Positions 23,366-32,000 of a DNA stretch of 32,000 bases are shown here, in pieces (positions within the stretch are counted from its first letter, which is position 1; each line of letters starts with the position of its first letter). The notes under the pieces were generated by a model. The model worked only from the letters and a program-made list of their open reading frames with translations. It was not told the DNA's origin and did no database searches. The translations under genes were made by a program, and so were the position numbers. The DNA is from Candidatus Saccharimonadota bacterium (GTDB taxonomy: Bacteria > Patescibacteriota > Patescibacteriia > 2-12-FULL-60-25): positions 30,001 through 62,000 of the forward strand of contig JALHOH010000002.1 in assembly GCA_022843095.1 (NCBI GenBank), read 5' to 3'.

Positions 23366-23596
23366 ATGGAAGCAGAAGCAATGAAGTTTTTGGCCGCCGG
23401 CCTGTGCATGGGTCTTGGCGCCATCGGTCCGGCACTTGGGGAAGGGTTTGTGGCGGCAAAGGCCATGGAAGCCATGGGACGCAATCCGTCCGTCGCAGAC
23501 AAAATGGTGCCGAACATGATCGTCGCCATGGCCATTTGTGAATCCACGGGTATTTACTCCCTCGTCATTTCCCTCATTTTGTTGTTCGTCGTCTAA
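23366..23596 (+). CDS. atpE: F1Fo ATP synthase subunit c with Na+-site signature
   Basis: GLGAIGPALGEGFVAAKAMEAMGRNP...AMAICESTGIYSLVISLILLF. Start is ATG 23366 or 23381. The listed GTG 23306 extension is rejected. Confidence 0.9.
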   Translation: MEAEAMKFLAAGLCMGLGAIGPALGEGFVAAKAMEAMGRNPSVADKMVPNMIVAMAICESTGIYSLVISLILLFVV

Positions 23597-23618
23597 TCGA
23601 CGAGCATCGCGTCTCGAT

Positions 23619-24116
23619 ATGGATGCATTACAAAAACTCGGCATCGACGGCTGGAGCATGCTGCTCTACCTGGTGAATACCGGGCTCTTGCTCGTCTTAT
23701 TGACGAAGCTGCTTTACCGTCCGTTGCTTTCCATGTTGGACGAGCGTCGCGACACGATCCGTCGCAACTTGCATGAGACGGAGCTTTTGAAGCAGCGGTT
23801 TGCGGAAGAAACAAAACAGCGGGAGAAGGAAACGCGCGCTGCCATGGATCGGTTGCAGGCAGACATTGTGCTTGCAAAGGAGCAGGCGGAATCGCGTGTC
23901 AAAACGTTGCTTGCGAATGCGGAACAGGAACGAGATGCTTTGCTTGAAAAGGCGCGTATCCAGATTCAGGCCGAAAAGGGCCGCCTCTTGAAGGAGGTTG
24001 AGGTTGAATCGCGGAAGCGTATCGAGCAGACCATTCTCTTCGTCTTGAAGAATAAGATTCCCGAAGCCACCGTCCGCGCGAGCGTGGAAGAGGCGTGGAA
24101 GGAATTGCACGCGTAA
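23619..24116 (+). CDS. atpF: F1Fo ATP synthase subunit b
   Basis: Single N-terminal TM (MLLYLVNTGLLLVLL) followed by a long charged helix. Position in the operon supports the call. Confidence 0.85.
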   Translation: MDALQKLGIDGWSMLLYLVNTGLLLVLLTKLLYRPLLSMLDERRDTIRRNLHETELLKQRFAEETKQREKETRAAMDRLQADIVLAKEQAESRVKTLLANAEQERDALLEKARIQIQAEKGRLLKEVEVESRKRIEQTILFVLKNKIPEATVRASVEEAWKELHA

Positions 24117-24121
24117 TCCGT

Positions 24122-24877
24122 ATGTTCGCCTCCCTGCTTCGCGCTGCCATGAAAGACGTGCTCGGCGCGGTGACAAAACGCACCACGCTTGTATCGTCCT
24201 ATCCGCATGCGCTTCGTGTCTATGCGGAGCAGACCACACTGGATGGACTCGCAGAAGATCTACGCGCGCTGCTTCCGGCATTGGCCTACGGGACATCGCT
24301 GCGCGGGATCGCGACACGGGAAGAAGGCGGGGAAGGATCGGCGAAAGGACTCAATCTTGCCGAGCGTTTTGCGCGGGAACCGATTGGGTCGCGGGCGCCC
24401 ATGCCATCCATGGAATTCATGCGCGATTTGGATCAGTATCTCCAGTCGTTGGCAAAAACGCAGGCGACGCGCGTTGAAAACGGGTTTGTGAAGGCGCTCG
24501 CCATTGCCTGTCGAGAAGAGATCGCTGCAAGTCTGGATGATGCGCAGGTGTCGTTTCCGGGGACAGAGCTTGGGGCATTGCTGCAGGAGTGGCATCGCCG
24601 AACGGTGGTCACCGTTGCGGAAGAGCACATCGGCGAGGTGCTCGCGCGGGAATGCGGGGTGACGCCGGTCTTGGTCCAGTCTGCCGCTCCGGTTGCTCCA
24701 TCGGTGCGTCAGGAAATGCGCGCGGCTCTTGCGCGGAACTATGGGGCGGTGTTCGTCCGATTTCGGACGGAGCCGTCGGTGTTCGGTGGATTGCGGGTGT
24801 TTGTGCGCGGTGCGTTGCAGGATCAGACCTGGATCGCCCGCGTCGGTCGCGTGTTGCAGCCTGAACAGGGTTTTTGA
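24122..24877 (+). CDS. atpH: F1Fo ATP synthase subunit delta (OSCP), divergent and elongated
   Basis: Position between atpF and atpA. C-terminal VRFRTEPSVFGGLRVFVRGALQDQTW is OSCP-like. 251 aa. Confidence 0.6.
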   Translation: MFASLLRAAMKDVLGAVTKRTTLVSSYPHALRVYAEQTTLDGLAEDLRALLPALAYGTSLRGIATREEGGEGSAKGLNLAERFAREPIGSRAPMPSMEFMRDLDQYLQSLAKTQATRVENGFVKALAIACREEIAASLDDAQVSFPGTELGALLQEWHRRTVVTVAEEHIGEVLARECGVTPVLVQSAAPVAPSVRQEMRAALARNYGAVFVRFRTEPSVFGGLRVFVRGALQDQTWIARVGRVLQPEQGF

Positions 24878-24888
24878 TCCGATTTCGT

Positions 24889-26403
24889 ATGTCTCACGAT
24901 TCTCTCCAACAATTTTTCAAAGCCATCGACCTCGCGCTCGCGGAGGCGAAGCCAAGCGGCGCCATCTCCGGCGTCGGCGTGATCCGTTCGGTCAAGGACG
25001 GCATCATTGAAATCGGCGGGTTGCCGGAGGTGCGCCTCGGTGAAGTGGTGCGCGTGCTGGGTACGCCGGCGCACGCCCTCGTGATGCAAGTGGATCGCGA
25101 TGCCGCGTTCGGCATCCTGCTTGAATCGTCGGAGGGGATCCGCGAAGGACTTTCCGTGCAGTCGGAAAATCGCTTCCTCGCGATCAACGTTTCTGATGCG
25201 ATTTTGGGCCGCGTCGTCGATCCGCTGGGGGTGGTGCAAGATGAAGGACCGTCGCTGGAAGGGGGGAAGCCCATGATGTTGGAAGCGCAGGCGCCGTCGG
25301 TCATGGATCGTTCGCCGGTGAATACGCCGGTGCAAACGGGGATTGTGGCCATCGATGCGCTGATTCCGATTGGTCGCGGGCAACGCGAACTGATCATTGG
25401 CGATCGTCAGACCGGGAAAACAACGGTGGCGATCGACACGATTTTGAACCAAAAAGGGAAGGGGATGATCTGTATTTACGTTGCCGTTGGGCAGCGTGAA
25501 TCGCGCACGGCAGAAGTTGTGACGTTGCTCAAAGAGCGCGGTGCCATGGAATACACGGTTGTCGTGTCTGCGGGGGCCTCGAGTCCGGCGATCATGCAGT
25601 TCCTTGCGCCGTACGCGGGAGCTGCGGTCGGGGAATATTTTATGCACCAGGGCAAAGATGCGCTTGTGGTGTACGACGATCTGTCCAAGCACGCCGTGGC
25701 GTATCGTGAAGTGTCGTTGCTTTTGCGCAAACCGCCGGGCCGTGAAGCCTTCCCGGGAGATGTGTTTTACATCCACTCTCGGTTGCTTGAACGCGCCGCA
25801 AAGCGCGACGAAAAAGTGGGAGGCGGGTCGTTGACCGCGCTTCCGATCGTCGAAACGCAGGCGAACGACGTTTCTGCGTACATTCCGACGAACGTCATCT
25901 CCATCACGGACGGGCAGATCTTCCTAGAGTCCTCGTTGTTCTACCAGGGGATTCGTCCGGCCATGAACGTCGGGATTTCGGTGTCACGCGTGGGTTCGGC
26001 TGCGCAGACGAAAGCGATGAAAAAAGTGTCCGGGACGGCGAAGCTGGATTTGGCGCAGTACTATGAGCTGGCTGCGTTTTCGCAGTTTGCGTCTGAATTG
26101 GATGCGTCGACCAAGCAGCAGCTGACACGTGGGGAACGCGTGGTTGAAGCGTTGAAGCAGCGCGCACATGAAATTTTGCCACTCTGGCAAGAGGTTGTGT
26201 TTTTGCGCGCCGCGTCGTCTGGTTTGTTGGATCGCCTCCCGAAGGACAAGGTCGTCTCCGCGTTGCGCGAGATGGCAAACGTGTTTGAGATGCGCCATGC
26301 CGACCTTGTGCAGGCGTTGGAAGAGACGAAGGCTTGGTCCGATGAACTGGGGCCAAAGGTGGATGCGGCGTTGAAGAGCCACTTCGAAGCGCTCGCCGTT
26401 TAA
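24889..26403 (+). CDS. atpA: F1Fo ATP synthase subunit alpha
   Basis: GDRQTGKT P-loop, LVVYDDLSKHA, SITDGQIFLE. ATG 24889 preferred over TTG 24874. Confidence 0.95.
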   Translation: MSHDSLQQFFKAIDLALAEAKPSGAISGVGVIRSVKDGIIEIGGLPEVRLGEVVRVLGTPAHALVMQVDRDAAFGILLESSEGIREGLSVQSENRFLAINVSDAILGRVVDPLGVVQDEGPSLEGGKPMMLEAQAPSVMDRSPVNTPVQTGIVAIDALIPIGRGQRELIIGDRQTGKTTVAIDTILNQKGKGMICIYVAVGQRESRTAEVVTLLKERGAMEYTVVVSAGASSPAIMQFLAPYAGAAVGEYFMHQGKDALVVYDDLSKHAVAYREVSLLLRKPPGREAFPGDVFYIHSRLLERAAKRDEKVGGGSLTALPIVETQANDVSAYIPTNVISITDGQIFLESSLFYQGIRPAMNVGISVSRVGSAAQTKAMKKVSGTAKLDLAQYYELAAFSQFASELDASTKQQLTRGERVVEALKQRAHEILPLWQEVVFLRAASSGLLDRLPKDKVVSALREMANVFEMRHADLVQALEETKAWSDELGPKVDAALKSHFEALAV

Positions 26404-26408
26404 CGTTC

Positions 26409-28741
<2,333 letters not shown>

Positions 28742-28750
28742 TCCACCTGT

Positions 28751-29164
28751 ATGAAGGTCATCGTCAACACCCCGGAGCAAGAGGTTTGGAACGGCACCGC
28801 GGATACGGTGACCGTCATGACCGAGCTTGGGATGATCCAGGTGTTTCCGGGTCATGCCAGTTTGCAGGGAACCATCGCATTCAGCGCGCTTGCGATCGAT
28901 TATGGATCGTCCCGCGAAGACTTTGTGGTGCGGAACGGTTTCGTGATCGTGCAGCCAACGCAGGATGAGGTACGTATCCTCGTGCTGCAATGTGAACGCA
29001 AGGATCAGATCAGCCGCCAAACGGCCAAAGAATATCTTGCCTATTTGCTGGAGCAGATGAAGACCCGCGAAGGGCTAAGCGAGCTACAACAGCAGTATCT
29101 GGCAGATGAACAGGCGTCGATGGAGCAGGTGATCGCCGTGATGGATCGAGAAGGGATGAAATAA
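28751..29164 (+). CDS. atpC: F1Fo ATP synthase subunit epsilon
   Basis: 137 aa, last gene of the operon, N-terminal beta-sandwich-like sequence (VMTELGMIQVFPGHASL). Confidence 0.85.
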   Translation: MKVIVNTPEQEVWNGTADTVTVMTELGMIQVFPGHASLQGTIAFSALAIDYGSSREDFVVRNGFVIVQPTQDEVRILVLQCERKDQISRQTAKEYLAYLLEQMKTREGLSELQQQYLADEQASMEQVIAVMDREGMK

Positions 29165-29165
29165 C

Positions 29166-29194
29166 AAACACCCCACCAAATTGGTGGGGTGTTT
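29166..29194. terminator. Bidirectional hairpin terminator after atpC / after 4-TM gene
   Basis: AAACACCCCACC-AAATT-GGTGGGGTGTTT followed by T. Confidence 0.75.
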
Positions 29195-29197
29195 TGG

Positions 29198-29689
29198 TTA
29201 ATGCGTATTCGCCTCCGTGTGGCTGTGTGGCTCGATCTCGTGCGCAAGTGATCGAAGTCCTGCGCCCAGGGGAAGGCAGACGACCAGGAGCACGATCGCA
29301 AGACGCCACGCGAGCGGTTTTGAAACGGGAATGCGATGTTTCCAGAGATAGCCCACAAGCGATGTCGCGATTCCAATCGGGATCAGAAGCGCGGCATATC
29401 CGGGCGTGTCCGAAAAGTGTTGGATTGATCCACTCATCATCCCGATGCCAATGGAGAGCACGGCGGAGCTACCAGCGAGGTGAAGTAATCCCGCTTCCTT
29501 AAACGTTTTCTTTTTGACGATCAATTCATCGGCAAACGTTCCGGCTAAAAACAGGAGGACGCCGATGGTTCCGATAAATGCGTATCGGAGCGGATCCACG
29601 GGGAAGTGGACGATCGATCCGGCAAGAAGTCCGATACCCAGAAAGAGGCCAACGTAGGTCAGATAAGGGGTAATGATCAGTGCAGTCAT
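29198..29689 (-). CDS. 4-TM membrane protein with internal duplication and His-rich tail (third gene of copper operon)
   Basis: Two 2-TM halves each carry GSI(V/Q)HF (29603-29620 and 29414-29431). C-terminus is HEIEPHSHTEANTH. Starts 16 nt after the oxidase stop. Confidence 0.55.
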   Translation of the reverse strand: MTALIITPYLTYVGLFLGIGLLAGSIVHFPVDPLRYAFIGTIGVLLFLAGTFADELIVKKKTFKEAGLLHLAGSSAVLSIGIGMMSGSIQHFSDTPGYAALLIPIGIATSLVGYLWKHRIPVSKPLAWRLAIVLLVVCLPLGAGLRSLAHEIEPHSHTEANTH

Positions 29690-29705
29690 AGGGAATGTGT
29701 AACGA

Positions 29706-31262
29706 TTAGCGTGTATCGGTCACGGTAAAGTGAAGCATCATCCCGGTTTCCAAGTGCTCCGCGATGTGACAATGCATCATCCATGTGCCGGGGTTCGACA
29801 GATCGACCAAGAGATCCATCGTAGTGCCTGCAGGAATGTTGACCGTATCCTTCCATGTATCCGGCGCAACAGGAACGCCATTGACCCGTGCGACTAAAAA
29901 TCGCTGGCCGTGAATGTGGAAGGGGTGTTGCATCGGATGCATGCCCGTGTTCGGGTTTTGAACGCGGAGCATGAGTTGCGTTCCTTTTGGAAAGGTCCAA
30001 TCGATGGCTTCATTCGTCTTTCCTGTTTGCGTGTCTTGTAAGGTCCAGGTCAGGTGGTTGGCCATCATCCCTTGGTTCATGGCGCCCATCGTGTCTTCCC
30101 ACTCCACGCCGTCTGTGTTTGCGTCACCCATATTCATGGAAGGCATGGCATGGCCACCGTGCATCATGGGTCCAGAAGGCATTTCCAGACCGATGGTGAG
30201 TGTTTTTTGCGGCGGGAGCGCGAGTGCCTCCTTGAACGGTTCGATGGAGGCCGTGACGGCTGGATAGGTGCGAAGCGTCGAGGTGGTTCCGGTGGCTGGA
30301 TTGGAAGGAGGGGCGATGCGGATCGTGGCAAGATCCGTCCGGCTTCCCGTGGGAGGCGCATGTTGGATGACGAGGATCCCGGGCTGCGCAGGGAGCGTGA
30401 TTTCTACGATCGCGCGTTCCGACGGGGAGAGATCCAGTGTTTCCAAGATGGACTCTTGGATCGCAGGGCCCTGATCGCTTCCGATGCGTTTCATGGTGAG
30501 GCCAGGAATGGTGATGCGAAGCGGGCGCGCATTCGCGGCGTTCAAGAGGAAGAGTCGCAGGGTTTCTCCGGCACGTCCCTCGATGGGGAAATTGGGGGTT
30601 CCATTTGTGAGGAGAAGGTTGCCATATCGGCCCATCAACGTGTGTGAAACCGTGTCTTTTGGAAACGGAACGAGCCGACCGTTTTGTACCAGAAGATCAT
30701 GGAATGCGAGCGGAATTTCTTGACCCACTCGGTTCCAAGAATCACCGGTCGTGGGTTCGACGATGAAAAAACCGAATGCCCCGTGGTGCAATTGTTTTGC
30801 CGCGTTCAGATGGGGGTGGTACCAAAACACCCCGGCGTCTGGAAACGTCATTTCATGCGTGAACGATTCCCCAGGCTGAATCGGTTCCTGAGTGATGCCC
30901 GGAACGCCGTCCGCTTGCATGGAAGCGCGTACGCCATGCGGATGCAGCGTGGTGGGTTCCGCGAGGCCATTCTCGACCACGACCGAAAGGCGTGATCCTT
31001 GTTTGACGCGGATCACGGGGCCGGGGATGGATCCATTGTAGCCAACTAATTCCATCGGCAGATCCGCGATGGTGGTGGTGATCGTTTGAAGTCGCAACGC
31101 ATAGCGATCTCCATCGGCCAAAGTGATGGTTTGCGTTGGCGCACGTCCGACCGGTGCCTGATGTGCAGGTGTATTTGCATCACGGATAAACAAGAACGCC
31201 GAGAAGGAGAGGACGGCGAAAAAAAGGATGGCTCCGACGGCGAGAGGGAGAGGCTTCTTCAT
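29706..31262 (-). CDS. Multicopper oxidase (CueO/CopA-like cuprous oxidase)
   Basis: Copper ligand motifs HPHG, WYHPH, HPMQHPFHIHG and HCHIAEHLETGM. Met/His-rich insert MPSGPMMHGGHAMPSMNMG...MGAMNQGMMANH (30054-30182). N-terminal signal/anchor MKKPLPLAVGAILFFAVL. ATG 31262 lies 1 nt after the csoR stop. Confidence 0.9.
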   Translation of the reverse strand: MKKPLPLAVGAILFFAVLSFSAFLFIRDANTPAHQAPVGRAPTQTITLADGDRYALRLQTITTTIADLPMELVGYNGSIPGPVIRVKQGSRLSVVVENGLAEPTTLHPHGVRASMQADGVPGITQEPIQPGESFTHEMTFPDAGVFWYHPHLNAAKQLHHGAFGFFIVEPTTGDSWNRVGQEIPLAFHDLLVQNGRLVPFPKDTVSHTLMGRYGNLLLTNGTPNFPIEGRAGETLRLFLLNAANARPLRITIPGLTMKRIGSDQGPAIQESILETLDLSPSERAIVEITLPAQPGILVIQHAPPTGSRTDLATIRIAPPSNPATGTTSTLRTYPAVTASIEPFKEALALPPQKTLTIGLEMPSGPMMHGGHAMPSMNMGDANTDGVEWEDTMGAMNQGMMANHLTWTLQDTQTGKTNEAIDWTFPKGTQLMLRVQNPNTGMHPMQHPFHIHGQRFLVARVNGVPVAPDTWKDTVNIPAGTTMDLLVDLSNPGTWMMHCHIAEHLETGMMLHFTVTDTR

Positions 31263-31263
31263 A

Positions 31264-31524
31264 TTATTTTCGCTTGAGTTGGTAGACCTGAAGAATTTCT
31301 TGAACAGCCTTTTCTTCGTTCCCTTCTCGGATTTGTTGAATCGCGCAATGCGAAAGATGTTGCGCGAGTAGCAGATCTTCGATGGAGGTGAGCGCCTGTT
31401 TGATGGCGGAGGATTGTGTAATGACGTCGATGCAATAGGCATGGTCCGCGATCATTTCGCGCAGACCGCGCACCTGGCCTTCGATGATTTTTAATCGACG
31501 TTCAAGAGAGGCGGGGTGTTTCAT
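31264..31524 (-). CDS. csoR: CsoR-family copper-sensing transcriptional repressor
   Basis: LKIIEGQVRGLREMI. Cu(I) ligand pattern C-x25-H-x3-C (YC...QHLSHC). ATG 31524 chosen because the listed TTG 31560 coincides with the -35 box. Confidence 0.9.
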   Translation of the reverse strand: MKHPASLERRLKIIEGQVRGLREMIADHAYCIDVITQSSAIKQALTSIEDLLLAQHLSHCAIQQIREGNEEKAVQEILQVYQLKRK

Positions 31525-31531
31525 GGAGAAG

Positions 31532-31560
31532 AATATACCCCCAGGGGGGTATCGTGGCAA
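31532..31560 (-). promoter_or_regulatory. csoR operon promoter TTGCCA-17-TATATT, 7 nt from ATG (predicted leaderless)
   Basis: -35 at plus 31555-31560, -10 at plus 31532-31537. Confidence 0.55.
31535..31552. promoter_or_regulatory. CsoR-type operator ATACCCCC-AG-GGGGGTAT
   Basis: Perfect 8-bp inverted repeat with G/C tracts flanked by ATA/TAT. Fills the promoter spacer and overlaps the -10. Confidence 0.7.
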
Positions 31561-31567
31561 GCACGAG

Positions 31568-31593
31568 AAACCCCCACCGGATTGGTGGGGTTT
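31568..31593 (-). terminator. Hairpin terminator after beta-barrel gene
   Basis: AAACCCCCACC-GGATT-GGTGGGGTTT (one bulged C). Lies 3 nt after the stop at 31597-31599 on the minus strand. Confidence 0.6.
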
Positions 31594-31596
31594 GTG

Positions 31597-32000
31597 TTAG
31601 AGCCAGGCCGTGACGCCGAGTGTGACCGTCTGTTGCGTCGCGGCATTTGGGAGAAAGGGGCGCAGCGCCGAGCCATCGCCGGCCACGGTTCCGGCAAAGA
31701 AGAGCGGTCCTCCCGCGGCATCGTACCGGTATTCCAGGCGTACGGAGGCGTTTGGATGCGGTCGGACATCCACAGTCGCCGTTGCCGAGGCAAGCCATGG
31801 CACAGGCCATGAAATGGGGGACGCGCCCGTCGGCACCTGTTCGTAGAAGGCATCCGCACGGGCGCCCAGATACAGCCACGACGTGGGTTGAACCCGGGCA
31901 TAGAGCGCGCCTGCCATCCAACCAGCGATGCCGAACGTATTCGGTTCGAGGCCGCCATTTGCCCAGGCCTGAAGCGAGATCCATGGACGTGGATGCCAGG
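31597..32000 (-). CDS. Outer-membrane beta-barrel (porin-like) protein, C-terminal fragment (5' end beyond window)
   Basis: Frame is open to the window edge. Alternating hydrophobic pattern, SVRLEYRYDAAGGPLFF and terminal QTVTLGVTAWL strand are reminiscent of OmpL-like/DUF1597 barrels. Confidence 0.5.
   Translation of the reverse strand, partial: WHPRPWISLQAWANGGLEPNTFGIAGWMAGALYARVQPTSWLYLGARADAFYEQVPTGASPISWPVPWLASATATVDVRPHPNASVRLEYRYDAAGGPLFFAGTVAGDGSALRPFLPNAATQQTVTLGVTAWL

Noticed and set aside
24823-25776. 317-aa ORF antisense to atpA
   Set aside because: The translation is Arg/His/Pro-rich and low-complexity, typical of shadow ORFs in GC-rich coding DNA. The sense strand encodes an unmistakable alpha subunit.
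31502-31984. 160-aa and 145-aa minus-strand ORFs in alternative frames over the porin-like region
   Set aside because: Arg/Cys/Pro-rich translations. Only the frame ending at 31597 shows a beta-strand periodicity and is followed by a terminator.

Overview
Gene-dense bacterial chromosomal window with about 36 protein genes. I saw no rRNA, tRNA, CRISPR array or recognisable mobile element. All functional calls come from motif recognition by eye, since no database search or computation was possible.

Left third: housekeeping genes (ABC-F 3' end, permease, folD, uppS, pyrG, rpmA, Nfu-type NifU) and a dcw fragment mraY-ftsW-murG.

Middle: a carotenoid island, crtE-crtB-crtI plus a convergent UbiA-type prenyltransferase and a divergent CruF-like hydratase. 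This is a bacterioruberin/C50-type gene set. It is followed by the most unusual locus in the window, a two-gene pair:
- a TM-anchored ClpB/ClpC-like AAA+ protein that contains only the first nucleotide-binding module and stops where D2 should start;
- a TM-anchored exported protein with three mirror-symmetric six-cysteine modules, a proline-rich linker and an internally duplicated Cys-closed C-terminal domain.

Right third: a CPA2 antiporter and a TrkH/KtrB transporter lie divergent from a complete F1Fo operon (atpZ-B-E-F-H-A-G-D-C). Its c subunit carries a Na+-binding two-carboxylate signature (E...ESTxxY). Next comes a csoR / multicopper oxidase / 4-TM copper operon with a perfect CsoR-type palindrome inside its promoter. 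The window ends in the 3' end of a beta-barrel porin-like gene.

Regulation: many first genes have -10 boxes, often extended TGnTATnnT, only 6-8 nt from the ATG, so leaderless mRNAs are predicted. Convergent gene pairs share GC-rich hairpin terminators.

Taxonomy cannot be fixed from this window.
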